DNA of 64,000 nucleotides from an uncultured Gammaproteobacteria bacterium (GTDB lineage: Bacteria; Pseudomonadota; Gammaproteobacteria; Steroidobacterales; Steroidobacteraceae): NCBI GenBank assembly GCA_963812125.1, contig CAWETY010000010.1, positions 272,747 to 336,746 on the forward strand, written 5' to 3'. Below are positions 49,462 to 60,051 of the stretch, in pieces. The first letter of the stretch is position 1; each line of letters begins with the position of its first letter. Under the pieces are notes generated by a model. It was not told the DNA's origin. It was given only the letters and a program-made list of their open reading frames with translations, and did no database searches. The position numbers were made by a program, and so were the translations under genes.

Positions 49462-49533
49462 TTTGATTCGTCAGTAGGGGCTGGCATGGCCCGAGTATGA
49501 TACCGGCAATAGCCGCCTAAACCCACCCGAAGC

Positions 49534-51654
49534 ATGGAAACAAGCGCACCCAGCCGGACCGCGAGCGGCCGATTGCATGCCGCCATCGCGGCTGCTGCGC
49601 GAGATCGAATTGCCGCTCCAAGCCGAAATGCTGCGCGATGCCGCTTTGGAGGTGGCCGACATCGTGCGCTCACTGGACGCGGACGACGATGTGGTGATCG
49701 CCGCGATGATTCAACCGCTGCTCGACGCCGGCTACATTGAAGTTCCGGGAGCGGCGCTGCGCTTCGGCGAGGAACCGCTGCGCCTCGCGCTGGCCTTGAC
49801 GCCAACTGGGCGAGTTCGGCCTGCCGGCGGACTGGGCGCCCGAACGCGGGCTCGAAGCGGCGCAAGCCGAAGCGCTGCGCAAAATGCTGCTGGCGGTGAT
49901 CGGCGATGTGCGGCTGGTCGTGGTGCGGCTCGCGCAGCAGCTGCAGCGGATGCGCTCCGCCAAGGACCTCGGCACGGCGCGGCAGCGCAAGCTCGCGATC
50001 GAGACCCGCGAGGTGTATGCGCCGCTCGCCAATCGCCTCGGCGTGTGGCAGGTCAAATGGGAACTGGAAGACCTGGCGTTTCGTTATCTGGAACCGGTGC
50101 AATACAAGCATATTGCCGCCGCGTTGAAGACGCGCCGCTCCGAGCGCGAACGCTACATCGAGGAATTGAAAGCGGTGCTGGAGAAGGCGATGCGCGGCGC
50201 CGGCATCGATGCGCTCATCGAGGCGCGGCCCAAGCATATCTTCAGCATCTGGAAGAAAATGCAGGTCAAACAGCTGGCCTTCGAGCAGCTGATGGACATT
50301 CGCGCGGCGCGGGTGCTGGTGGGGAGCATTGCCGACTGCTATGGGGCGCTCGGGGTGGTGCACTCGCTGTGGCAATTCATCCCCGGCGAGTTCGACGACT
50401 ACATCGCCACGCCGAAGGACAATCTGTACCGATCGATCCACACCGCGGTCTTGGGTCCCGGCCAAGAGCCGGTCGAGATTCAGATCCGCACCCACGAAAT
50501 GCATGCCGACTCCGAACGCGGCGTCGCGGCACATTGGCGCTACAAGGAAGGCGGCCGCGGCAATCAGGCCTACGAGCGAAAAATCAACGAGCTGCGCTCG
50601 CTGCTGGCGCCCGCCGAGAACCCGGGCGGCAGCCGCGATTTTCTCGAACGCGTTCGCGTCGATCTGTTTCAAGACCGCATTTATGTGATTTCGCCGAAAG
50701 GCGAAATCGTCGATGTGCCGGTCGGCGGCACGCCGCTCGACTTTGCCTATCAAGTGCACACGGATTTGGGTCATCGCACGCGCGGCGCGAAGGTCAACGG
50801 CCGCATGGTGCCGCTCGACTATCGCTTGAAGAACAGCGAAACCGTGGAAATCATTACTGCCAAGACCTCGCAGCCCTCGCGCGACTGGCTTTCGGCTCAA
50901 TCGGGCTTCTTGGCGAGCCCGCGCCATCGCAACAAGGTGCGGGCGTGGTTTCGCAAGCAGAACGAGGCGCAGAACAAGGTCGAGGGCCGCGCCATGCTGG
51001 AGCGGGAATTGCAGCGCTTGGGGCTGAAGAGTCCGCCCATGCCTGAGCTGCTGGGCGAACTGGAACTGGACAGCGCCGAGTCCTTGCATGAGGCGCTGGG
51101 ATTGGGAGAGATCAGCGCGGCGCAAGTCGCCGGCGCGATGCAGCGGTTGCTGCATACGCGCGAGGAGCGTATGGATCACTCTCGCGCGCCGAGCAGCGGC
51201 CGCGCGCCCGAGCTCGCCGTGCAAGGAATCGGCGATCTCCTGTCAACCTATGCACGCTGCTGCAAGCCGGTGCCGCCGGAACCCATCGTGGGCTACATCA
51301 CCGTCGGGCGCGGCGTGAGCATCCACAGTCAGGCCTGCGCCAATCTGGCGCGCCTCAAGGCGAAGTCGCCGGCCCGCGTGCTGGCGGTCGATTGGGGCAA
51401 AAGCGGGAACGGCGAATTTCCGGTCGATATCGAGGTGCAGGCTTTCGACCGCCGCGGCCTGGTGCGCGACGTCAGCGCCGCTTTGGCGGATGAGAAAATC
51501 AGCATCCAGGGAATGACCACGGTCACCGATCAAGCACGACAAGGTGGCGCATATGCGCATCGGCATTTCCATCTCGGGATTGCCGCAGCTGTCCAAAGTC
51601 CTGTCGCGCATCGCGCAGCTGCCGAACGTCATCAGCGCCCGCCGCAAGAAATAG
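49534..51654 (+). CDS. relA: GTP pyrophosphokinase RelA (RelA/SpoT family); at least two frame breaks (about 49795-49806 and 51520-51530)
   Basis: 'REVYAPLANRLGVWQVKWELEDLAFRYLEP', 'RPKHIFSIWKKM', 'DIRAARVLV', 'EIQIRTHEMHADSERGVAAHWRYKEG', TGS 'IYVISPKGEIVDVPVGGTPLDFAY'. The ACT-domain end 'KHDKVAHMRIGISISGLPQLSKVLSRIAQLPNVISARRKK*' is in a third frame. The start is uncertain (ATG 49534 or 49577). Confidence 0.9.
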
Positions 51655-51713
51655 GCTGATCGGCGGCGTGCGTTGCGCGCGAGCGGCGTGCGTATGGCGC
51701 GCGGGCGGCGATG

Positions 51714-53588
51714 CTATGGGGCGGCGCTGTAGGGGATCGAGACCGTTCCGGTTTTGGAGGTGCCCGCGCTGTTCACGTAGCTGAAGCCAAAGGCGAGGGT
51801 GCCGCTCGCCGCAGAGGTGGGCGCGTAAGTGAGCGCTACCTGGCAAGCGGACCCGACGCTCACGCTGGCGCATGTGAAGCTGCTCGCCGGCGCACTCCAG
51901 CCGAGCGCCAGCGCGGAGAGGTCCGCCGACAGGCCGCTGGCGAAATTACCGTCATCGGTGGTGAAGGTGACCACTACGGCGTTGCTGCTGCCGGTGACTG
52001 CCGCCTCCGTGGCCGGATTGGCGCTCCCGGCCACATTGTCATTGGTCGTCGTCTGGTAGGGGATGCCGACCGTTCCGCTCTTCGCCTCGCCGGCATTGTT
52101 CAGGTACGAGTAGCCGAGATTCAACGTGCCATTGTCGACGCCGGCCGGAGCATAGGTGAGCAGGAGCTGGCAGGCCGCACCGCTGTCCACAACCGTGCAG
52201 CTGAATGCGCCCACTGCGGCGCTCCATCCGGCGGGCAGCGCGGTCAGGCTGCTGGTCAGCTGCAACGCGGTGGCGAGACGCGCATCGTCGGTGGTGAAGC
52301 TCACACTGACGGTTTGGCCGGGCGAGCCCAACATGGCCGTAATCTGCCCCGACGGCGCGGCGGTGCCGATGACGTTGTCATTGGTGGTCGCGGCGTACGG
52401 AATATTCAGCACGCCGAAATTGGGCTTGCCGCTGGCATCGGTATATTCATAGCGCAAGCTCAACGTCCCCGCCGTCAGAGCAGTCGGCGCGTATTTGAGC
52501 TGCAGCTGGCAACCGTTGCCGGTGCTGACGCTGGCGCAGCCAAAGGAGGTTGCGGTGCTGCTCCAGCCGGGCGGCAGCTTGGTCAGATCGGTGAGCACGC
52601 TCAATCCGTCCGCGGTCCCGCCATCTTCCGCGGTGAAGGTGACGGCCACCGCCTGTGTGCCGCCCATATTCGCCGCATTGACCTGGCCGGTCGGAGACAC
52701 ACTCGTGGTCACCGTGCCGTTGCTAATCGTGGCGTAAGGAATGTTCAGCGCGCCGCTGCGCGCCGCGCCGGAACCGTCGACGTAAGTGTAGTTCAATGTG
52801 AGCGTGCCGTTGGCCGCGGCCACCGGCGCAAAGGTCAGCGGCAGCTGGCAGCCGCTGCCCGTGCTGACGACGGTGCACGCCAATCCCGGCGCCGTGCTGC
52901 TCCACCCCGCCGGCAGGGCGGCCAGGGTCACATTCAGCGACGTCGCTGCATTGCCGTCATCGGTGCTGAAGGTGACATTCACGGATTGTTTGCTGCCGCC
53001 GAGCGCCGCGTCGATTTCGCCGCTGGGCGATACGGAAGCGACAACGTTGTTCGTCGCGGTCGATGCATAGGAGAGCGTGAGGCAGGGACCCGGCGTTCTC
53101 GGTAAGCCGGCGTTGTCGACGTACACGCAGTCGAGCGTCAGAGTGCCTGTTTCAATTGCCGTGGGGGCATAGGTAAGGGTGAGAACGCAGCCGTTGCCCG
53201 GTCCAACTGCCGCGCAGGTCAGATTGCTCTGCGCGCTCCAATCCGCAGGCAGCGTTCCCAAACCGCCATACACAGAGAAGCCCGTGAGCGTCAGGCCGTC
53301 CGCGGATGTGAAGGTCACGTTGATGGTCTGGCTGGCACCGACGGCAACGCTCAAGGCACCGACCGATGCTGTGGCGGAAACGAGATTGTCGGTGCCGGCG
53401 ACCCCGCCGCCGACCGGCGCCGCCTTCGGCGGCGTGACTGGAGCCGCCGGCATGGTCACACCGGTCGGGGTGGGCGCAATGCTGCCGCTTTCGCTGCCCA
53501 TGGAGGTCGATCCGCAGGCCGCAAGAACCGGCAGCGACAACACGCCCAGCAGCAGCCATCGAAGGCCTGATAGCATTTTTTCCCACCT
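51714..53588 (-). CDS. lipoprotein with five tandem ~100-aa two-Cys repeat modules
   Basis: Lipobox 'LPVLAAC'. Five copies of V.V.F.T.DG....L...L..LP.GWS....F.C..V..G..C.L.L.YAP....GTL.L.Y.Y....G..K.G...IPY. Confidence 0.7.
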   Translation of the reverse strand, partial: RWEKMLSGLRWLLLGVLSLPVLAACGSTSMGSESGSIAPTPTGVTMPAAPVTPPKAAPVGGGVAGTDNLVSATASVGALSVAVGASQTINVTFTSADGLTLTGFSVYGGLGTLPADWSAQSNLTCAAVGPGNGCVLTLTYAPTAIETGTLTLDCVYVDNAGLPRTPGPCLTLSYASTATNNVVASVSPSGEIDAALGGSKQSVNVTFSTDDGNAATSLNVTLAALPAGWSSTAPGLACTVVSTGSGCQLPLTFAPVAAANGTLTLNYTYVDGSGAARSGALNIPYATISNGTVTTSVSPTGQVNAANMGGTQAVAVTFTAEDGGTADGLSVLTDLTKLPPGWSSTATSFGCASVSTGNGCQLQLKYAPTALTAGTLSLRYEYTDASGKPNFGVLNIPYAATTNDNVIGTAAPSGQITAMLGSPGQTVSVSFTTDDARLATALQLTSSLTALPAGWSAAVGAFSCTVVDSGAACQLLLTYAPAGVDNGTLNLGYSYLNNAGEAKSGTVGIPYQTTTNDNVAGSANPATEAAVTGSSNAVVVTFTTDDGNFASGLSADLSALALGWSAPASSFTCASVSVGSACQVALTYAPTSAASGTLAFGFSYVNSAGTSKTGTVSIPYSAAP

Positions 53589-53803
53589 CATCCCAGTGTC
53601 TTGCAAAGCGAACGTCTCGGAGCGGCGACGCCGTTCGCAGGGCTGGAAAGGTAGGCTGGGGGTGTATTGGCGGGTGTGAACTGCGTCACGCGGCGAGGCG
53701 CGTTCCGCTTATCGTCAAATGAGATTTTGCTCACACCCGCGCGCAGCCGGCGCGCCGCGCGTATCTGTGGGACAAACGCTACACCTCGAGCCCGAAGGCA
53801 CAG

Positions 53804-55231
53804 CTAGCGGTTCAGCGCATCGATGGCTTTCTTGTCGACGGCGAGCGCCGCCTCGTGAATCGCCTCCGACAAGGTGGGATGCGCATGGATGGTGCGCTGA
53901 AGGTCTTCGGTGCTCGCCGAATATTCCATCGCCAAGACCGCTTCGGCGATCAGTTCACCGGCCATCGGCCCGATCACATGGACGCCGAGCACTTCATCAT
54001 CGTCCTTGGCGGAAACGATTTTCGCCATTCCCGCGCCGGCTTCCATGGCGCGTGCGCGGCCGCTCGCGGCAAACGGAAATGTGCCGGTTTTGTAGGGCCT
54101 GCCGCCGGCCTTCACTTGCTCTTCGGTCTGTCCGACCCAGGCAATTTCGGGCTGGGTGTAGATCACGGAGGGAATCACCTTGTAGTTCACCTCGCCATAG
54201 TGTCCGGCGATCAGATCGGCGACCATCACGCCCTCCTCCTTGCCTTTGTGCGCGAGCATCGGGCCGCGCACCACATCGCCGATTGCCCAGACATTGGGCG
54301 CGCCGGTGCGGCAATGCTCATCGACGACGATGAACCCGCGCTCGTCCAACTGGACTCCGGTGCCTTCCGCCAGCAATCCTTCGGTAAAGGGACGGCGCCC
54401 GACCGCCACCACGAGCTTGTCGACCTGCAAAGAATGCTCGCCCTGCGCGTCGCTGTACACCACATCCACGGCATCGCCGGACACCGCGGCGCTCAATACC
54501 TTGGCGCCCAATTTGATATCGAGGCCCTGTTTCTTGAAATGACGCTGCGCTTCCTTGGCGATGGTTTGATCCACCATGGGCAGGAACGTCTCCAGCGCTT
54601 CGAGCACCACCACTTCGCTGCCGAGCCGGCGCCACACGCTGCCGAGCTCCAGACCGATGACGCCGGCGCCGATGACGCCCAGGCGCTTCGGGACCGCATC
54701 GAACTCCAGGGCATTCCAGGAATCGACGATGTGCTTGCCGTCATGCGGCACGGATCGCAAGCGGATGGGCGTGGATCCCGAAGCGATGATCACGTTCTTG
54801 GCCTCGAGAGTTTTCTCGCTGCCGTCCGCGCCCTTCACCAACACCTTGTTGCCGGGAAGCAGGCGTCCATGCCCCTGGATGCCCAGCACGCCGTTGGCCT
54901 TGAACAGCGCATTGATTCCATTGGTCATGGTTTTTACGATGGAGGCACGGCGCTTCTGCATCGCCGCCAGGTCGAGCGTGAGCGCGCCAATTTTGATGCC
55001 GTGGGTCGCGAATTCGTCCTTTGCCGCGCTGAAACAATTCGGATGACTCCAGCAACGCCTTGGACGGAATGCAGCCGGCATTCAGGCAGGTGCCGCCAAA
55101 CGCATAACTGCCGTCGGTGTTTCGCCACTCATCCACGCAGGCCACTTTCAGCTTGTTTTGCCCGCTCGAATCGCCGCCGGGTAACCCGCGGGCCCCGCGC
55201 CAATGACAACCACATCGTAAACGTCGCTCAT
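53804..55231 (-). CDS. lpdA: dihydrolipoyl dehydrogenase (E3); two frame breaks (about 55160-55168 and 55015-55030)
   Basis: '[24 protein letters not shown]' | '[12 protein letters not shown]...[22 protein letters not shown]' (redox Cys pair) | '[10 protein letters not shown]...' then '[16 protein letters not shown]' and '[14 protein letters not shown]', in three frames. The ATG overlaps the sucB stop (ATGA). Confidence 0.95.
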
Positions 55232-56467
55232 ATATGCAGCACCATGCGTGCCGGATCCTCCAGACACTGCTTCACCGTCACCAAAAACTGCACCGCCTCG
55301 CGGCCATCGATGATGCGATGGTCGTAAGTCAGCGCGATGTACATCATCGGCCGGACCACGATCTGACCGTCCACCACCATCGGCCGCTCCTGGATCTTGT
55401 GCATCCCCAATATGGCGCTCTGCGGCGAATTCACAATGGGTGTCGACAGCAAAGAGCCGAACACCCCGCCATTGGTGATGGTGAAGGTGCCTCCGGTGAG
55501 CTCCTCCATGGTGATGGAGCCGGCGCGCGCGCGCGCGGCAAAATTCGCGATCGATTTCTCGATGTCCGCGAAGCTCAATTGATCCGCGTCGCGCAACACC
55601 GGGACGATCAAGTCCGCGGTCGGTCGAAACCGCCACGCCGATGTCGAAATACTCGTGATACACGATGTCGTTGCCGTCCACCGAGGCATTCACCGATGGA
55701 AATTTCTTCAGCGCCTCGACGCAGGCCTTGCTGAAGAAGGACATGAAGCCAAGCTTCACGCCGTACTGCTTCTCGAATTGATCCTTGTAGCGCGAGCGCA
55801 GCTCATTGACGGCCTTCAGGTCGACCTCATTGAACGAGGTCAACAGCGCCTGCGTGGCTTGCGCCTGGACCATGCGCTCCGCGATCCGCGCGCGCAGCCG
55901 CGTCATCGGCACGCGCTGCTCGGCTCGATTGCCGCGCGCGCCGGCCGGCGCGGCACGAATTGCGGCGGGAGCGGCCTTGGCAGCAGTGCTTGGCGCGGCG
56001 CCCTCCTTCGCCGACAGATAGTTCACGACGTCGGATTTTGAAACCCGGCCATCGCGCCCTGATCCGGCAACCGTCTTCGGGTCGACTCGATTTTCTTCCG
56101 CGACGCGCTTTGCCGCGGGACTGAGCTTGCCGCCGGAGGACTCCGGCTTCACCGATTCCTTTGCCGTCGCCGTTGCGCCGCTCGCAGCCGCCATGATAGC
56201 GGGAGCACTCGCGCCGGGTACCGCGGCGGCCGTCTCTTCGATCACGGCCAGGAGTTGACCGCTGGTCACCGTGGTGCCGTCGGTCAGCTTTATCTCCTTG
56301 ATGACGCCGGCCACCGGAGCAGGCACCTCGAGCACCACTTTGTCGGTCTCTAGGTCGACCAGATTTTCATCCCGCACGACGCTGTCGCCCGGCTTCTTGT
56401 GCCACGAGACCAGCGTTGCGTCAGCCACCGACTCCGGCAGCTGCGGCACGCGAACTTCGATTGTCAT
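55228..56467 (-). CDS. sucB: 2-oxoglutarate dehydrogenase E2, dihydrolipoyllysine-residue succinyltransferase; frame break near 55615-55630
   Basis: Lipoyl domain '[16 protein letters not shown]', E3-binding '[12 protein letters not shown]', catalytic '[15 protein letters not shown]'. Joins as ...[10 protein letters not shown]|[18 protein letters not shown]. Confidence 0.95.
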
Positions 56468-59350
56468 GAACCTGTCCTAGTTTGAGCAGCCGGGACGCGC
56501 AAGGTTTGTCGGGAAGTCTCTTCCGGCGGCTCGCCCTGCAGTGCCGCCGTGACCAAGTTCTTCTGCTGCTGCTCATGCAGCGATGCGATGCCCGTCGCGG
56601 GCGCCGCGGCGCCGGCGCGCCCCGCATACAGCAACTCGTAACTCTCATCGAGCTTCGCCTGCAGCCGGTGGCGGATCTGATACCAGCCGCCCTGATTCTG
56701 CGGCTCTTCCTGGCACCAGACGATTTCGCGCGCGCCCGAATACTTCTGCAATATCGCCTCGTACTCTTCGGAGGGAAAAGGGTAGAGCTGCTCGATCCGC
56801 ACGATCGCCACGGTATCGACCTTCGCCTCGCGCCGCGATTTCAGCAAGTCGAAATAGACCTTGCCGCTGCACAGCACGATGCGCGTCACGGCCGAGGCCC
56901 GCACATCGTCGATCTCATCGATCACCGGCTGGAAACCGCTGCTCGACAGTTCCTCCAATCGCGACACCGACAAGGGGTGACGCAGCAGACTCTTGGGAGT
57001 CATGATGATGAGCGGCTTGCGCAGCGGCCGCAGCATTTGCCGGCGCAGCAAGTGAAACATTTGCGCCGGCGTCGACGGAACGCAAACCTGCATGTTGAAC
57101 TCGGCGCAAAGCTGCAAGAATCGCTCGAGGCGCGCCGAGGAATGTTCCGGCCCCTGGCCTTCGTAGCCATGCGGCAGGAACAAGGTGAGGCCGGAGAGGC
57201 GGCCCCACTTGGCTTCTCCGGAGCTGATGAACTGATCGATGATGACCTGCGCACCGTTGCTGAAATCGCCGAATTGGCCTTCCCAAATGGTCAGGCAACG
57301 CGGCTCGGTGGTCGAGAATCCGTATTCGAATCCCATGACGGCTTCTTCGGACAGCACCGAATCGGTGACCGTGAAGGTCGGCTGATTCGTGGCGATATGC
57401 TGCAGCGGCACGTACCAGCGCCCCGAAGCCTGGTCATGCAGCACCGCGTGGCGATGAAAAAATGTGCCGCGGCCGCTGTCTTGACCGGTGAGGCGGATGG
57501 GATAGCCCTCCTGCATCAGGCTCGCATACGCAAGATTCTCGGCGCAACCCCAGTCCAAAGCGAGTTCGCCGTTCACCATTTTCTCGCGCGACTGCATGAT
57601 GGCGAGCACCCGCGGATGCAAATTCCAGTCCGTGGGGTAGGTCGTGATCGCCTTGCCCAATACGCGCAGTCTGGCCAAATCCACGCCGGTCTTCACCGCT
57701 TCCCAGTCCGCGCCGAGATACTCGCTCCAGTCCACGGTGTAGCGGTTGCCGATCAGCCCGAGCGCGGCCCGCGCCTGGGGTTTGCCCTGGTCCAGCCCGC
57801 TGCGGTACTGCTCCATCATGGCGGCGGCGTCAGCCGCGCTCAAGATACCCTCGCCGGCCAGCTTGTCCACGTACAGCTGACGCACGGTGGGCTTCTTGCG
57901 GATGATTTGATACATGAGCGGCTGCGTCGCGGCCGGCTCGTCCGCTTCATTGTGTCCGTGCCTTCGATAGCAGACCAGATCGATGACCACATCCTTGTGA
58001 AATTTCATCCGGTAGTCGAGCGCGAAGCGCGTCACGAAGCAAACAGCCTCCGGATCGTCGGCATTCACGTGCAGAATGGGTGCTTCGATCATCTTGGCGA
58101 CATCGGAGCAGTACAAGGTCGAGCGCGCATCGTGCCGCTCGCTGGTGGTGAATCCGATTTGATTGTTGATGATGATGTGAACGGTGCCGCCGGTGTAGAA
58201 GCCGCGCGCCTGCGATAGCTGCAGGGTCTCCATGATCACGCCCTGCCCGGCAAATGCCGCGTCGCCATGAATCTGCACCGGCAAAACCTTGTCGCCGAGC
58301 GTGTCGCCGCGCCGCTCCTGGCGCGCGCGCGCCGAACCTTCGACCACCGCATTCACCACTTCCAAATGCGAAGGATTGAAGGCGAGCGCCACGTGCACAT
58401 TGCCGGATGCGGTCTTCAGGTCGGCGGAAAATCCCTTGTGGTACTTGACGTCGCCGGAGCCGCGCAGCTTGGCGAGGTCGTACTGACCCTCGAATTCGCT
58501 GAACAGATCGGCCGGCGATTTACCGAGCAGGTTCACCAGCACATTGAGCCGGCCGCGATGCGCCATGCCGATGATGGTCTCCTCGACGCCGGCTTTGCCG
58601 CCGTGCTGAACCAGATCGTCCAGCGAGGGAATCAAACTGTCGCCGCCCTCGAGCGAGAAGCGCTTCTGACCGACGTACTTGGTATGCAGATAGCGCTCGA
58701 GGCCTTCCGCCGCGGTCAATTGCCACAAAATATTTTTCTTCTCATCGACGCTGAAGCGATGCTGCATGCGGCCGACTTGGAAGCTGTCCTGCAGCCACAG
58801 GCGCTCTTCGGTATCCGACACGTGCGCGAATTCCGCACCGATGGTATCGGTGTAGATGAACTTCAAGTCGCGAAGAATGTTGCTGAGCGTGGTGCGCTCC
58901 GGGATGGCGTGATTGCGGCTGCCGGTAAAAAATTCCGTATCCAGGTCCGCCGTCGGACAGCCCGAAATACTGCAGGTCGAGCACGTAGGGTTTGGCCCGC
59001 TCCTGCAAACCCAGAGGATCCAGATTGGCGATCAAATGACCGCGGTTGGCATAAACTTGAATGAGTCGCGACACCGCACCCTGCTTGGCGCTGGCCCCGT
59101 CCGAAGGCACGGCTTTGGGCTGCGTATCGGCCGCGGCGGCCGGCTTCTGAGCCCGCGCCAAGAGCCGCTCGCGGATCGGCCCATGGGCAATGTCCACGCC
59201 GCTGCCCTTCAGGCTCTTGAAGTAGCTCGCCCAGGCCGGATCGAGGCTGCTCGGGTCGCGCAAGAATTGTTCGTAGAGATCTTCAATGAACCCGGCGTTT
59301 CCGCCGGACAGCGCCGTGGTCGCTAATTGGTCGGCAAGTGATTGGCTCAT
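56464..59350 (-). CDS. sucA: 2-oxoglutarate dehydrogenase E1 component; frame break near 58955-58960
   Basis: 'GNAGFIEDLYEQFLRDPSSLDPAWASYF' N-terminus, 'MAHRGRLNVLVN', 'HGDAAFAGQGV', 'LPHGYEGQGPEHSSARLERFLQL'. Joins as ...YFGLSD|ADLDTEFFTGSRNHAIPERTTLSNILRDLKFIYTD. The stop overlaps the sucB ATG. Confidence 0.95.
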
Positions 59351-59475
59351 GAGTGCGGCGGTTTGCGAAAAACCTCAAATATATCAAGGTGATAAAGGGG
59401 GAGGAAAGCTTCTGAACAGCGCCTTAGTTTAGCCGAAGGCGGCACAATATGGAATGTGACGGCGGTCTTAAGAAT

Positions 59476-59983
59476 TTACAAGACCGGCAGGTCGCCCGAG
59501 CCTTTCAGCATCCAAATTTCGTAGCCGATGAGCCACGCGTAGACCAGCAACACCGCGTACAGCACGAGCCCGACTCGCAGCAGGCGCATGAATCGATAGC
59601 GCGACAGAAATACCATGACTACGATGCCGGTGCCGGTCATGGCCCATTTTGAACGCGGCAAACGCGGCCACGCTGCGGTAGACGAGCACGGCCATGATGG
59701 GATTGATCTCATCGGCCCCGTGCAGCAGCAATATGCCGGTCAGGAATGCGTCCGCCGCGCTCAACAGCAATATGCCGATGGACACGCCCAGCAGGTGCGC
59801 CGAATACCAATCGACAGGGTGAAAACGCGAGTCGCTCAGCCGCCGCGCCGGCCGGCGCCGCCGCGGGTTGAAGCTGCCGTATAGAACGGACCAGACGAAT
59901 CGATGGCGCCGATCGTTACGATTGCGGCGCTCAAAACCCCAAGCCGGCGGCAGCGCCGCAGTCCCTTCCCTCATCTCGTCCAC
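59476..59983 (-). CDS. DUF5658-like small membrane protein; frame break near 59640-59655
   Basis: N-terminal Arg-rich 'ERRNRNDRRHRF', then 'LLLSAADAFLTGILLLHGADEINPIMAVL'. It continues in another frame as 'AMTGTGIVVMVFLSRYRFMRLLRVGLVLYAVLLVYAWLIGY'. Family assignment is from memory. Confidence 0.5.
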
Positions 59984-60051
59984 TATCCAGACTTGCCGCC
60001 GTCAGGCCAAGCCCTATGCGTCATAATGCAGGCGCGCCGGGCACTATATTT

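Noticed and set aside
49362-51224. 620-aa ORF on the minus strand
   Set aside because: It lies entirely antisense to the clearly conserved relA reading frames. It is Arg/Ala/His-rich with no motif. This is the typical shadow ORF of a GC-rich coding region.
56482-58218. 578-aa plus-strand ORF, and similar long ORFs at 53855-55327, 51711-53105, 46782-48314, 45698-46903, 16730-17722 and 6569-8443
   Set aside because: All are antisense to genes with strong family signatures (sucA, lpdA, repeat lipoprotein, ruvB/ybgC, tolR/tolQ, S1 protease, S8 protease). All have Arg/Gly/His-rich, low-complexity-like translations. I treat them as GC-driven antisense artefacts.
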